A stretch of 64,000 bases of DNA, taken from contig NC_068984.1 of assembly GCF_001194135.2 (NCBI RefSeq), positions 32,299,978-32,363,977 on the forward strand, given 5' to 3'. The notes beneath the pieces are model-generated. The model did no database searches, had not been told where the DNA came from, and was given only the letters and a program-made list of their open reading frames with translations. The DNA is from Octopus bimaculoides (lineage: Eukaryota). Positions 14,030-28,632 of the stretch are shown here, piece after piece. A program made the position numbers and the translations under genes. Position 1 is the first letter of the stretch. Each line of letters opens with the position of its first letter.

Positions 14030-14450
14030 ATGCAGATGTGGATGTGTGGTTGAGAAGCTTGGTTTCCAAACATTTAGCCTTGGGTTAGGTTCCACTGTAT
14101 GTGTCTTCTAGAACTCCATGCTACCAAAACGTGCTTTTTATATGCCACCTGCACAGGAGCCAGTCCAGCGGCACAGGTAATGACCACGCTCGAATGTTTT
14201 CTAACGTGGTATAAGTATATATCTGTATGTGTGTGTGAGGGGTGTCTTTGTGTGTGTGTTTGTCCCCTATCAGTGCTTGACAAGTGATATTGGTGTGTTT
14301 ACGTCCCTGTGATTTAGTGGTTCGGTAAAAGAGACTGATAGTAAAAGTACCAGGCTTTAAAAAGTAAGTCATGGGGTTGATTGTTTTGACTGAATCTTTC
14401 AAGGTAGTGTCTCAGCATAGTGACAGTGCAATCACTGAAATAAGTTATAA
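14030..14450 (+). mobile_element. SINE family B copy with an internal RTE-tail-like insert
   Basis: GTGTGGTTGAGAAGCTTGGTTTCC head, GTGTTTACGTCCCTGTGATTTAGTGGTTCGG body, GACAGTGCAATCACTGAAA tail. Confidence 0.75.
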
Positions 14451-14792
14451 GTAAGATTCATAAGTTATTGTTTTCAATAACGGTAACATATTTTATTTTT
14501 GAATGTGCGTTCTAACAAAAACAACTGCTTGAATAAAGGTAAATTTTATTCTTTGGCTCGAGAAAATAAGTAAAGCAGTAATCTTTATAGGTCATGAAAT
14601 CATGCAGCATAGTGTTTTGGACTTAAATCTATTACAAACGAAGAAGTAGTTTAGCTTATCTATTGACTTATATACACAAAGATGGATAATTGTTCTATTA
14701 TAGAATATCATTTGTGAACACAAATTTCTTTGTTATTTAGATTCTGAAAATTCATTTGTTTTGTTAATATGTATATATACAAGTGCATGAAC

Positions 14793-14853
<61 letters not shown>

Positions 14854-15694
14854 AGTCCTTGTGTATGTGAATGTGTTTCAGACACATTTTTCTCTTTATA
14901 TGCTTGCTGTCATTCGATGTACTTAAAGTTTATGTTTCTTAAAAGTCACCATCTTTTACCTCACAAACATATTCAGTCTTTTACTAAATTAACAGACTAG
15001 ACTGTGAGTCGCCTTTTCATTAAACATGGCTACTATATAGTTGCGGCATTGATATTCCCAGAGGAAAATCCGTCAGTTCTCGTACCTAATATCTTTAAAG
15101 GAAACTGACCACAAAACTTCTAGATTGCTTCACCTTAAAAGAACTGTTAATTGAAAATGCTGAGATCTAATAGACTTGTAAAATTGCCAATTTCTGTATA
15201 TTATCATCTTTTATCTTGTCTGTTTGTGGTTGTATGTGTATGTCACAGATCTTTGTATGTTTTTGGTGAAATGACCACTACACAATTTCATTGAATATCA
15301 GGTTTATGAAGTGGTCTTTTTTTACAAAAATGTGTAACATTTAATCTATTTTAAAGTTTAGTTTCATTGTCTGAACATATATTTCCATGTCTCACTCTGA
15401 AGAAAGAGAAGTATTCATGGTAAGGTGGAGAGATAAAAGAATGAAGTGATATCTTGTCATTTTTGATTATTTTAGTTATCCTTTCTGGAAACTATAGTGA
15501 GCAACATGTGAAGATCATTGGCACAGACAAAGACAAGTAGATTGTGAGAATAAAGTTATCTATACTGTACTATGGATAAACTTTTAAGCAAAATATACTG
15601 TTAGTGTGTTATATAGAACTTTCAGTTTATAGCTTCTATACAAATGCAACTGATGTCTAATGTTAATAATATTTAAGCTGGTGAGCTGACAGAA

Positions 15695-15885
15695 TCGTTA
15701 GCATGCTAAGCAAAATGCTTAGCAGCGTTTTGTCTGCCTTTATCTTCTGAGTTTGAACTCTGCCAAGGTAGACTTTACCTGTCATCCTTTCATGGGCAAT
15801 AAAATAAGTATCAGTTGAGCACTAGAGTCGATGCAGTTACCCACCTCACCCAAAATCTCTGGCATTGTGCCAAAATTTGAAATTG
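15695..15885 (+). mobile_element. SINE family A copy
   Basis: GGTGAGCTGACAGAATCGTTAGC...CTGAGTTTGAACTCTGCC...TTTCATCCTTTC. Confidence 0.85.
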
Positions 15886-16099
15886 ATATTAATAGTATCT
15901 GCTATTATCAGAAAAGGTTAATCTGGAATAATATGAAGGGAGTGTTGTTTTATTTTTGTTATTGATCCAAATAATGGGTGTATGTTTGGATGTGTGGATA
16001 AGAAATGTTCTTCACAACTACACATGATTTCATATTCAAACCTACTGCATACTTCCATGGTCTAATGTCTTTTATCATATTCTTAATTTGAACAAATAC

Positions 16100-16196
16100 C
16101 TTGTGACTGGAATTCAGTGAAGAGCAACTGTGTTATATTATATATATATCTGGTAGCTTCTTCAGTCACAGCCCTACTTCTGAGACTAGACTGATT
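16100..16196 (-). CDS. Possible coding exon (NQSSLRSRAVTEEATRYIYNITQLLFTEFQSQ-G)
   Basis: CAAG|GTATTT donor, a single open frame, and a pyrimidine-rich AG-free stretch before GTGCAG. Its phase-0 start does not match the phase-1 end of the 17028 exon, so the boundary is uncertain. Confidence 0.3.
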
Positions 16197-17027
16197 CTGC
16201 ACCAATATATTGCAAGTACCAGTTATATAATGAACAGGAAGGAAAGATAGAGTTGAGTCACATAGAATATGAATAGAAAAACCAAGTGTCATAAAACCAA
16301 ATACTAATATAGGTTTAACCGGTTCACCATTGTTTCAGCATGTTCTATCCCTCCCGGATAAGGCTAATGTTTTTGTTTTTAAAGGTCAATTTCACTACAA
16401 GTTCATTCTTTAAATGCAAAGTTTATGTAACTATTGTTTGATTAATTAGTTTTGAAAATACAATTTGCTATTCTTGATATTCTTTTTAGCTGTAACCATT
16501 TCTAATTGAGAAATTTCATGTGTAGCTATTAGCAGTAACAGTTCTTAATTGAAGACTGCTGTAGTAATATCTATTTTAATTAAGATAACTTCAATATTCT
16601 TTTTATCAATAGAGTAAAATAGAAAAGAATCCATAAAAACTGTAAGATTAAACCCTGAATGTTTTTATTTTACCCCCAGCAATTTATATGTAAAATGAAT
16701 GCCTTGTGAAGTATTTTTAGGTTAGAATAACCTAACAATTTCAACATAGAAACCTGAATGATAACTGAGAAGATTGGAATTCATAGAATTGTATTGATGT
16801 TATTTCTCAATGTATATAGCCTTTTGAAAATGAAAACAAGGTAGGAAACAAGAAAACAATACAAGACAAAAACAAATTCTACTAAACATTTTCTATACAT
16901 ATTTCGTTGGGAATATTTAGTTTTGATTTCAGCAAACTACCTTTCCCATAGAACTACTACCCATTTTTGTTATCATTGCTGATGCTGTCAAGATTCTACT
17001 GCATAAGAAATATCTCTGTACATTTAC

Positions 17028-17108
17028 CATCAATTATTTCTTGGAGATGACCTAGGTCAGACAGATAGGCCTTATAGTCCAACTCCATTTTTCGTTCTCG
17101 ATTCTTGA
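17028..17108 (-). CDS. Candidate internal coding exon (x-KNRERKMELDYKAYLSDLGHLQEIID-G)
   Basis: GCAG acceptor with an in-frame stop just upstream, 81 nt (phase 1 to 1), ATG|GTAAAT donor. Two CGA codons are retained in a CpG-depleted background and the translation is protein-like. Confidence 0.6.
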
Positions 17109-19357
17109 CTGCATTTTATGTCATTTTAAGGAGGAAAAAATATTATCTGACACACAGATATTACACTGAATCAATAATGCCTTCAACACTTTAACACTGA
17201 TGTTATATATGACAGCAATATCAAGAAGAACAATAAGACAGTTTCCTTCTAAGACAAATAAGTAATTGTTTTCTCATTTTATACTTTGTAGTTATATACC
17301 ATTTGCTATTGACAGCTGCTATATAGCAAATGGATTCTAAAATGAAAAAGAAAATTCTATTCAGTCCAATACAAGAATCATTATATCCCTTTCTTCCTTT
17401 CTTATATACATGGTGTATTCATTTTTATGTTGTATTTACATTTTTGAGGCCAAATTTACATTTGTGGAGATAACCTAGTGGCATAAAAATGACTTTGTAT
17501 ATCCTGTTAAAAATTTACATAAAAAAAAAAAAACATCGCTTTCTTGTTACTTATCTTGAATAATAACTGCCATTCCATTTTCCATTCTTTTCTACCCTTA
17601 TCTATAAATATTCTATAGAGCACTTAATGGCTTTGCAATGAACAAAGATTGCTATCTATTTAGAAGTAAGAATAAAGGGAAAATAATCTCAAATTTATGT
17701 TTTAAATGATTAGAAAAATATTTTTTTTAACAATAAAAATACATTTCTTCATAGAAATATTTAATATTTTTGAATTTTTAAAAATATTAGCACATTTCCA
17801 TCCCACGGTGATATTGATGAGTAAAACTGAAATACCATGTAAATGGTAGAGAATATTTTGTGTGATATATTTAATTTTTATTTTATATTATTATTTTGAA
17901 CTGAGATAAGTTTTAAGTTCCTTTAACTGAGATGATTAATGTTCCTTGCAAACTGCTTAAAATTGTGTATCAGATTACCCTACTGCACTAAATATAAACC
18001 TAAAGAGGGTTCATAAGTGAAGGGGTATAGCCAATGTTACTGATATCAATATATTATTAGAAGTTTGTCTGTGTATGAGGGGCTGTAACCACAAATATTG
18101 CAGAAAACTACATTATCATTGTTTTGCATCTGTTTTCTGTGCTGACAGGGGTTGGACAAGTTGCCACAAACTAATTCAGTTCATATTTAGAGATACTTCT
18201 CATCTAGATGGGTCAAAGGATCACATCTCACCTGTGTGCTTCTTATATAGTTTCATGTTTCATATATGTCAATTAATATATAAATGACAAAAACCAGAGT
18301 TTCATTAACTTACTGCTGTTTCTGCTATAAATAAGTATGCACTCAGATCTTAGCACCAGTGAAATGTTTTATAAGCTTCCTCAGAGCCATTTAAAACACA
18401 ATCAGCTTTGACATAAGCTTACTTATTGCAGAAGCAGCTCTAAGACTTAATGAAAGTGAACATGTTGTTCTTTTGTCATTAGTTTAATTTACTTCCTATA
18501 CTAACTTGGTTGTTTACTTTAAAGTATAAGTAGGAGGAGTTCCAGCAACTGGTTATTAGAATCACTTTTCGCTCAGTGAAATCAAAATGCATTTGCATGA
18601 TTTAAAACATGCCTAGATGTTTTTTTCAATGTATGAAACTATTAGTAGCTCATAACTATATACTGTGTACATTAAACAATACACACATAGATACATACAA
18701 GCATACGTATACTTACATACATATATATATATAAATGTATTGACTGCTAAATCCACAAGTTATTTTTATTCTCTGTTTATTTGCTCGTGTTCCTTTCTGT
18801 TAAGCATAGGCTCAAAATGTAAAAGTCTTTCTCACCTTCCCGAGCATCAAACTAATACAACTGCTTGTTTATACACCTATCTTTTTTTTTTTCTGTAAAT
18901 TTCACCCATATATATGTATATATATGTGTGTATATATAAAAAATTAACAGAATGAGATAAAAACCCAAGGCTGTGAAAGATTTCAGAACATTTATAAAGA
19001 GAAGGTCTTATAGCTGTTTCTGGGATATTTTATATATCCCTTCATTGGAGATGGTGTGAGAAAATTGTTAAGCAATAGTTATATGTATATATACATANNN
19101 NNNNNNNNNNNNNNNNNNNNNNNNNNNNNNNNNNNNNNNNNNNNNNNNNNNNNNNNNNNNNNNNNNNNNNNNNNNNNNNNNNNNNNNNNNNNNNNNNNNN
19201 NNNNNNNNNNNNNNNNNNNNNNNNNNNNNNNNNNNNNNNNNNNNNNNNNNNNNNNNNNNNNNNNNNNNNNNNNNNNNNNNNNNNNNNNNNNNNNNNNNNN
19301 NNNNNNNNNNNNNNNNNNNNNNNNNNNNNNNNNNNNNNNNNNNNNNNNNNNNNNNNN

Positions 19358-19392
<35 letters not shown>

Positions 19393-21595
19393 TGTTGTTG
19401 AAATAAGAAGAGCTCAGAGAGAAATAGAAAGTCAAAGATTCCTTTTTCATAGACAAATAAAATCTATTTTATGCAAACTTGTAATAGATGGGCATCAGAA
19501 ACTGTTTTTTTTTTCCAAAGAAACTGTAAAGAACTTACAAACGAGTGTGAAAAATGAAGTAATAACTAAAATGTTAAAACTTGGATGCTATATGACTAAA
19601 CTGTTAAGCTCATTTTGCAATTAAAACTCTCCAAGTATGATCCTATTACATGGCATCTGATGCAACTGCCATCTAACATAGTCTCAGGTTAACATTAGTC
19701 TTGTGAATAAAATTGTCTTGTGAGAAATCATTTGGAACTCAGATGGACTAAGTTTATAAATGTTTATGTAAAGGAAGGAATATTTTTGATGTGTTTTAAC
19801 ATACTTATTATTTGTTCTCATTTTGCTAATTTGTAATTGTTTTGGTAAATGAAGTATGAGGAACTACAAATCATGACTTTCTAACAATTGGTACTTTGAT
19901 CTTTGCAAGTAACTCAGTGGAACATCTGTGCCTACTGATATGTAACTCAAAATCCCATGCTGGATTGGATCCTTCATCTCCAATATCTTTTGAAAGCATA
20001 TCTCGTCATGGGAAAATATTACCTTACTTGGAAACAGGTGATTGAAAATCATCCAACCATAGAAAACCCACCTCAATAAATTCTGTCTAACCTATACAAA
20101 CTTGGAAAAGTGGACATTGAAATAATGATGATAATGTTGATCGAATATTGAAAGTATTGGTGTTTCAAAGTAAAGTGAAAAGGAAAAAATAGTACAAGTT
20201 AGCACATAACATAATGACATAAATCAATGGTGTTTCTTTTTCCCTTTCAAGATGATAATGATGAAGATAGTAGATTGTGATTTGGAGGAGATTCATCTTG
20301 CTATTTATTGCAGATCAAGTGACTATATGGAGTCTCCTTCATACACTTGTATTTATGTTGTTTTCAGTGCTAGTATGGTCCTTGAAAAATATAAATACAA
20401 ATGGTTTTAGATGATCTGATAGAATCATTGATATTAATTAGCGAAACATTTTATAAAGAGCAGAATAAAATCAATCATACCTTTTGGTTGGCTTATTATA
20501 GAAAAATAAATTTTAGAAGTGAGTTAAATAGAATATGAATGATGATAATGATGTCAAAGATTATGGTTATTAATATACATTTTCTAAGTGGTTAAGGAGC
20601 TTAACTATTTGTCTAAAATTATTAATTTCAATTTGCATTTTCTTTTGCACTTAAATACTACATTACTTCACTACTCAATCTATCTGAACATACTAACTAC
20701 TTCTACTTCATACTTTAATTATCATTGCTAGCAAGCACTTATCTTTAAGACTTTTGTTCGTTTTGTTTATTCTTAATATCCTAATTTGAAAAACATTCTT
20801 ATTTATGCCAGGAAGAATAAAATACATGTGATAACATGAGAAAAAATATGGTGTCATTAATATTAGAAAAAAATTGTTGGTTTTATTTTAAAATATTTTT
20901 TCCCTCATAAAGATGTAAAAAAACTGTAGAAAAATTGCATTAAATTGATGTATGAAATTTGTTGTCAAATATTCAATATGTTTTGATGAATATAAATAGT
21001 TTAAAGATAATATTTTAATTATCTCTTGGCGGGCAGTAGAAGAAATTGAATAGTACATTGACATTTAGATTATGAATCATATCAAAAATATTATCAGCAT
21101 TAAATTTTGGAATATTTCAAGACAGTTTCAGTAGTTTCAATCGAAATAATTTTATGAGCTCTTCAAATATAAGAGTTTAGGAAGATACATCATATGTTCA
21201 TTACCCATCAATCAATATATTCTCACAAATTTAGTTTTGTGTTATTAATTAGTCAGAAAAGGAGAGACAGTCCCATTGTTTTTCACTTTACAACATCATT
21301 TTTTATAGATTATCTTTTGCCCATTAATTAGGCAGAGAAGGGGAGACTGCATCAATGCCTTTGTTGTTTCTCAAAAACAAAAAAATGGTTCTGAGATCGA
21401 TGTGGTTAGTCTGAATGTCTGTAGGTTAAAATTTAAAGGAAAAAAATGTAGGCAAGGGTAGAATTTAAAAATATTAAGAACAAATAATTAAATAACGTAT
21501 TTAGTAAAGGACTTGATAAGACATTGTAAGAATGACATAAAGGGAACAGACTAATACACTTCACATGAAGAGGTTAAAGTAGTATACAGATTTAA

Positions 21596-21814
21596 TCCTT
21601 TCAATACCAACCTGATTGAAACCACCTCTGGCTTTGTAGTTCAAATGTCTTGTTTTCATAAGTTTTGAATTAAAATCTCCCCAACCTTGGTTACAATTTA
21701 TGTTCCTAACACTAGCTTAATCATAACTAAGTTATTTTACTAAATTCTTAGTTATATTTGAAATTAAATGAAGAAACACAGAGCATCTGAAAAATAAATA
21801 CAGTAAGAAAAGGG
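21596..21814. mobile_element. piggyBac-type MITE
   Basis: TTAA at 21592-21595 and 21815-21818. Termini TCCTTTTC / GAAAAGGG (one mismatch to a CCC terminus). No coding capacity. Confidence 0.55.
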
Positions 21815-22858
21815 TTAAAGTTGTATTAATGATAGCATAAGTATAAACAAAATGACATGAGTGACTATGTATACTGAGGTCTAACATCAGGTTATTAGCA
21901 TCTTTATCTCTAAGTAGAATATTTAAATTATGTGAATAGTAAAGGAGATATTAGTAGTAGACGAATGAAAGTTGTGTCATCTACATACATATGTAAGTGT
22001 ATGTACATGTGTGTATATGTGTGTGTGTATGTATGCGTGCATGCACTGTTAGAAGTGGCAGTGAGAAAGTCATAAACAAAAAAAAAGAGTGTGATAAATA
22101 GGCCCAGAATGTATGATATGCCAGTGTCAATAGAATGTTGATAAAAGAAACCCTGTTGCATCCAATGAAACAGCGACAAAATCTAACAAGCTATTTCCAA
22201 TGAAGATGATGATAGAGAGAGAGGGCCACCACCCTTCTCATCATCATCTTACATTCATTTGGTATAGCTAAATGTATGTACACTGCTTACACAGGTTAGA
22301 TGTGCTGTCACCATTCAAATCAGATCTTACTTGGTGTTATTCCTCCTTTTGAGTGGTCACTTAACTATGTCCCACCTGTCCATTCACTTTTAGTATGGTT
22401 TCTATGATTGATGCCCTTTATAACATGAAAAACTTTACAAAGTGAACTAGGTGTAATTCATTATGGCACAAGTACTAGAGAGGTTGCCTTCTTCCCTGAA
22501 AATCTAAACAAACTGTCCATTCAATGTTGTCTCCATTCACTTAAGGTAATTGTGACTGAAAATTTGAACAGAAGAGAGTGATGACCAAGAATATAAAAAA
22601 ACGGTTTGAGTGTGAGTGTGTAGGGAAATGAGTTATAGAAGTAAAAGTAATAGAACGGATGCATCAATGTCTATATTTTGCTGGTTGGTAAGGAGATGAA
22701 GAAAAAAGTATTATGAGTGGCATGATGGGATTGCAATAACGATGCTGATGTGATTGGCTAGCAACAAAGACTGATGATGGTTAGAGTGATTGATACCAAT
22801 AGAGAGAGTTATGGAGAGTTATGCAGAGANNNNNNNNNNTATATATATATATATATAT

Positions 22859-22900
<42 letters not shown>

Positions 22901-23229
22901 ACACATAGAGAGAGAAAGAGATAGCGATAGAGAGAGAGAGAGAAAGAGTAATGGCTACAAATAAGTAAAAATGAAGGATAGGGATACTTAAGAGAACATA
23001 TCTATTGTCATCTTTTGTAGGGTCTGGAAAACGAATTTAGAAACCTTCATGCTAGACATAACTGAAATGTTTACTAATTTCAAAGCAATAACACTGCTTG
23101 CAACAAACTTAGGTGAGTGGCAAATACCAGTCTCCGTTCAAGAAACTGTAGTAGTTTTTAATGAAAGGGAGAGGGAGACTAATGTTTATTAGAGATGTGG
23201 TTGTTTATAGTTGTTTCCCTCTTCTTTAA

Positions 23230-23560
23230 GATGTTAGAAATGAGAGCGATAGGCTTATAGCTTGTACAATTTTAGAGGTTACCATACTCAGGTGTCGTGG
23301 ATACAATATTGTATATTCTTAGGTTCAGATTGTCACCTATAGAGCACAAAAGAATGTAGTGTTGGCTGTAGATAGATCCTAGCTCTGGAGTGCATTGTGA
23401 GGAGCTAATGGAAAGAACAATATCAATACTGCAGATGCCTTGATGAATCAAAATGAACTGAGAAGTTATTATGTGCATGATAATGAGACAGGTTGAATAG
23501 AAAACAAAGAAGTTTGTTGCATGCATTCAGTTAGATTTGGAGGCAAGTAAATAAGATGAC
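23230..23560 (+). mobile_element. Highly degenerate LINE (APE endonuclease-like) remnant
   Basis: A plus frame with scattered stops loosely resembles APE regions. Weak. Confidence 0.3.
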
Positions 23561-25989
23561 TTTTACGGCAGAAATATGACTTACAGAGTTGTCTGAGGGA
23601 AGTTTATTATTTCTCTAATTTCTTATACATGCTTATAGCAAAATTGTCATGGTTATATTGCAATTTGAAATTAATTGTATTTTTTTTTTACTTGCAAAAA
23701 CATTCCAAGTTGAAATTACCTAAATCTTATGAAAAATATATTAAAAGAAAGTGAGCGAAGAACATTTACTGATGTTCAAGTATTTTCAATAATGGTAAAT
23801 ATTCAGAAATGAGGGGGGAATTCGCCAGCAATCTTATAAGATTCTATTGTACTTTTCACTCTCAACCTAATGTTTTATTTTTTCCAATTTATTATGTGAT
23901 TATTCTACTTTCTATAAGGATTTAACCACTTCGTTTCCTTGTCTAAACTAGAAAAAAATTAGATTTCTTGTTATGCACCCATCTATAGATCTACCGTGAA
24001 AAATATAAACTAATAGTTAGTACTCAATGTGGTTGAACAACCTGCAACAAACAGGAGTCATAATTCCTTCAAATTACACACTACCCTCTTATAAACGGAA
24101 CGATATATTGACCAATGGTGTCCTAGATATCATCATCATCATCGTCGTCGTCGTCGTCGTTTAAAGTCTGCTTTCCATGCTGGCATGGGTTGAACGATTT
24201 GACTGAGGACTGGCAAGCCAGAAGGCTGTATCAAGCTCCAATCTGTTATAATATTCCTAAAATCAAGAAATGATAGTCACAACTGTAAAGCCTTTGATCC
24301 ATTAAGATAAGACATATTCCTTTTTGGAAGACAGACAAACAGAAATGGAGAAACATTTCCAATTACATTAAGAGATGTGACTATTTTGAAGATGAGGAAT
24401 ATTTGAGATCGCCACGTCATTGTTTGGTAAAAACAAGAATAATAAAAGAACACATTTTATTGCATTAAGTGATAGTTTAAAAACATTGCTAGACACATTC
24501 CCTATAGATTTATAATTATTTGTTGATTCACCTGCTCTAAAAAGATTGTGCTATTATACGAATGTTAGGTGTAATGTGAATTGGCTTGAAATATTTCCAG
24601 TCAACTTATTACACATATTGGACATATTCTTTGGTCAGCATGTTCTCTTCATTTCCAGTATAAAACTTCTTATAAGTTTATAAAATATAAATACATACAA
24701 GAGTAGCCATCATATAGCAAGAAGAGAGAACTGAACCAAGCAGTTATAGCTTAATCATTGCTCAAAAGTTTGATACTTTGATGGACTTTTTTGAGAGGTC
24801 ACTGTAATGTGTGAAAGTGTTACTTGTCAACTGCTATAAATAAGAATTTGCTCACACTAATAAAATCTTCTAAGAAATTAATACGCCTACATGCTGGCCA
24901 TTCAAAGAATAGCTTATTATTATGGTTTCTTTACTGAGCTGAAGTTTGGTTTTCCATACAGTGCAGTTCCAAATTGAATTAACTCATTGATGGAATTTCT
25001 AATGTTGGTTTTGAAGCTCAAAAACACAAAAATTCTATGATCATTGGAAGCTAAGTAAAATACATATAAAAATTCTATTCCTTAGGTGATGTAGTCGATG
25101 AAGCTTATAGGGACTGTGAAAAATTGAGAGACCATCTATTTTCATTAATCCTTTACATCCCCACAACTTAGCAGTTTGGCAAAAGAGATTGATAGAATAA
25201 GTACCAGATTTTTTAAAAATAAGTACTGGAATTGGTTTGTTTAACTAAAACCCTTCAAGGCAATGCCCCAGTATGGCCGCAGTCAAATGATTGAAACAAC
25301 TAAAAAGAAGACAAACAGACATATTTTCATAAAATGTAAACAGTGGAAAGGAGGAAAGGAATTATTTGACATGACCAAAATAAAGTGTTCTATGGAGGAA
25401 TTAAGGACAGAACGATTAGCCAAGTCAGAAAGTCAGTCAAAGATTAAGGAACATTGTCATTATCAAAAAAATGGTAGCAAACAGAATTATTTTAGAAAAT
25501 TTTAAAAGAGGCAAAATTTAGTTTACAGTATTTTGGGTTTTTAGAAACTAGAATTTTTTTCAAAACTTCAAAAGAAGATTCATAATCATTTTCAGACAAC
25601 ATTTCTGATTTAGTGATGTTTTGAATTGCTGCAAGTATTCATCTTTGTATAGTCTCCTTCATAATTTAAACTTACTTCTTATTTTATTCAGAATTTTCCC
25701 TGAGAATAGACTACTGCACAACTACAGATTTCAACACTATTGATTTTCATTAACATTATCTCCAAAGGAAAAGTAAAATGCAACTAAAATAAGTGAATAA
25801 ATAAGACAAATATGTTTCATTACACACTTTGTGAATCTTGGGGTAAATTCCTCTTTTTGTCGGAATACATCGCTAAAATTTTGGGCCATTGACTCTGATA
25901 TTATATTTTCTATTTCATATTGATATTTGATATTTGCAATTTAGACTTCCTGATGTTTTAGATAAATCTGACAAGGGCCTGAAATATTT

Positions 25990-26895
25990 TAATTTCTATT
26001 GCTACTGAAATAAATAGAAAATGTAACTATAGGTGCAGACAATAGATTCCATCAAATGCTTGGGCGTCATTAGAAGTAGTACATAGCTTCTGTTACTTTG
26101 GACACCAAGTTAGCTGTGGGCGGGCGAGGGAGTTCTGAAAGTGTAGTTGCTTGGCAAAGTTCAGTGAGCATCCACCTTTGTTGGTAACTAAGGGCCTCTA
26201 CCTCATGATGAAATACAGTTTGTATGAGGCCTGTATATGTACAGCTATGCTACATGACAGAGAAACATGGGCTTTGAATACAGAAGACTTGCAAAGGCTC
26301 AACAGAAATGAAGCTAGCATGTTCTGCTGGATGGGTAATGTCAGCATACACACACAACAGAGTGTAAATGATTTAAGAGGAAAACTGGAAATAAGAGGCA
26401 TCAGATGATTTGTGCTACAGAGAAGACTATGCTGGTTTGGTCATATGATGTGTGTGAATAAGGGCAGCTGTAAAAATAAGTGTTAAGCTCTAATTGTGGA
26501 GGGAACCCGTAGAAGGGGTAGACCCTGTAAGACATGGGACAAAGGGGTGAAAAGAGATCTTCGGACACTGGGCCTCACTGCAGAAAACGACAATGGACTG
26601 GGAATTTTGTCGATTTGCTGTGCTTAAGAAAACATGTCAAGCTAAGTAAAATTGCTGTCATCCATCCATACATACAGGCTTGTCCTGTACAGGTGCCAGT
26701 GCCAAATAAAATGCACTTGTGCTGGTGCTGCATGAATACACCCATGCTGGTGGCACAAAAAGTACCCAGCAAATCTGTAAAGTGGTTGACATTTGGAAGG
26801 GCATCCATCCATAGAAACAATTGGTGTCTGGACAGCTCCTCAGAAGTTCAGCTCCTGTCATACTATCCAATCCATGCCAACATGGAAAACAGACA
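25990..26895 (+). mobile_element. RTE-like LINE 3' end (RT C-terminus plus 3' UTR)
   Basis: AWAKFSEHPPLLVTKGL...LYEACICTAMLHDRETW...RNEASM...GIR, then RLCWFGHMM...GTRRRGRPCKTWD. Typical RTE thumb and C-terminus, followed by the shared tail. Confidence 0.9.
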
Positions 26896-26899
26896 TTAA

Positions 26900-27270
26900 A
26901 TTCTTTTATTATTTTACTTGTTTCAGTCATATGACTACAGCTATGCTGGGGCACTGCTTTTAGTCGAGCAAATTGACCCCAGGACTTATTCTTTGTAAGC
27001 CTAGTACTTATTCTATTGGTCTCTTGTGCTAAACTGCTAATTTCCGAGGATGTAAATACACCAGCATTGTTTGTCAAGCGATGTTAGGTGGACAAACACA
27101 GAGACACAAATACACACACACACACACACACACATATATACCAAATCCACTCACATGGCTTTGGTCAGCTCGACGCTATAGTAAAAGTCACATGCCTAAA
27201 GTGCCAGGCAGTGGAACAGAACCTGGAACCATGCAGTTGGTAAGCAAGCTACTTACCACATGGCCACTCC
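26900..27270 (-). mobile_element. SINE family B copy
   Basis: TTTTACTTGTTTCAGTCATATGACT...GACCCCAGGACTTATTCTTTGTAAGCC...(CA)n...GGAACCATGCAGTTGGTAAGCAAGCTACTTACC. Confidence 0.9.
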
Positions 27271-27424
27271 TGTGCTTACGATAATGATTTTGATATTTTG
27301 TCTGAAGCCTTAAAAACACTAGTTAACAAGGGCTATGCATTGCTACAGTTATAATTATTTGTAGCAGATTAATACAGTGCAGATGATGTATCTATGTTAG
27401 AATATATGCGATATTTATAGTGGT

Positions 27425-27650
27425 TTCAAGGCAGTGAGCTGGCAGAAATGGTAGCGTGCTGGGCAAAATGCTTTGTGGTATTTCATCTGTCTTTATGTTC
27501 CAAGTTCAAATTCTTCCAAGGTCGGCTTTGCCTTTCATTATTTTGGAGTCCATAAATTAAGTACCAGTTGTATACTGGGATTGATCTAATCGACTGGCCC
27601 CCTCCCCAAAAATGTTGGGCCTTGTGCCTAGAGTAGAAAAGAATATTTAT
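27425..27650 (+). mobile_element. SINE family A copy
   Basis: AAGGCAGTGAGCTGGCAGAAATGG...AAGTTCAAATTC...GCCTTTCAT...AAGTACCAG. Confidence 0.88.
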
Positions 27651-27747
27651 AGTGGATTTCTCTTTGCAAAAGTGTAACTTCAGAAAGAAAAAACTATATT
27701 GGGATCTTAACATTTGTTCAAGTCATATATCCAAGAATGTATATATG

Positions 27748-27783
<36 letters not shown>

Positions 27784-28595
27784 TATATATACATACATAC
27801 TCAGGTTTATATGAATATTCTTCTAAACATGTGTAATTAAACAGTTTTACATGTCTAATTTATTTGCAATTAAATGTTTTCTATTTTCTAATGGCTCACT
27901 AATGTGTTTTTCTGGTTTCCACTGCTTCAAAATATTAATTTTCCTGCATTGAAAGTGATATGAATGCTTCTAAGTTCACCATACCTTACTTTCTGCATGA
28001 TGTTCAAGAATCACAATGATATTTGAAATTAATGTACGGAACTTACAAAATTGCTTCAGTGTATTGTATATCACATTTCTGAATGACTGGGCATTCAAAT
28101 TCTTATCTATTAATTCCAGAATTTACCTCTATTGCTGGAACGAACTCTCTTGGAATTAACTTTAGCTTTATATTTTCAAAATTTAAATTGATTTCACATG
28201 GAGGATAATATAAACACAACCACACTCATGTAAATGCAAGTATGAATTTTATGCTTTACATATACTTTCTATATTTGTAGCAATGGAGAGATAGGCTTCT
28301 GAATATACTCATATCATTTTTTTGTGTTCATATATTGTTAGTTAGAACAGAATATTTGGAAAAAGCATGCGTTTTTATGAAAATAACAATGAAACATAGT
28401 AGGAATGTGTGAGGAAGAGAGGGACAATAACTAATACTCAAGAAGAAACTGAAGAGGATGAAGAGAGAGAGAGAGAGAGAGAGAGAGGTGAGGAAATGAA
28501 ACAGGAGACATTCAATGATGGCTAGTCATATGCTATGCAAAAAGGTGTGGAATTGCAGAGCAATGACACGTATGCATGCATACGCGCACGTGCGT

Positions 28596-28632
<37 letters not shown>

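Noticed and set aside
17109-17140. U12-like branch point (TCCTTAA) before the 17108 exon
   Set aside because: I noticed no matching RTATCCTT donor upstream on the minus strand, and the motif lacks the final C.
17808-17855. TTGATGA-GTAAAACT-GAAA-TACCAT/ATGGTA hammerhead-like string
   Set aside because: Core C and the UH site are mutated and there is no stem I. It cannot be distinguished from chance.
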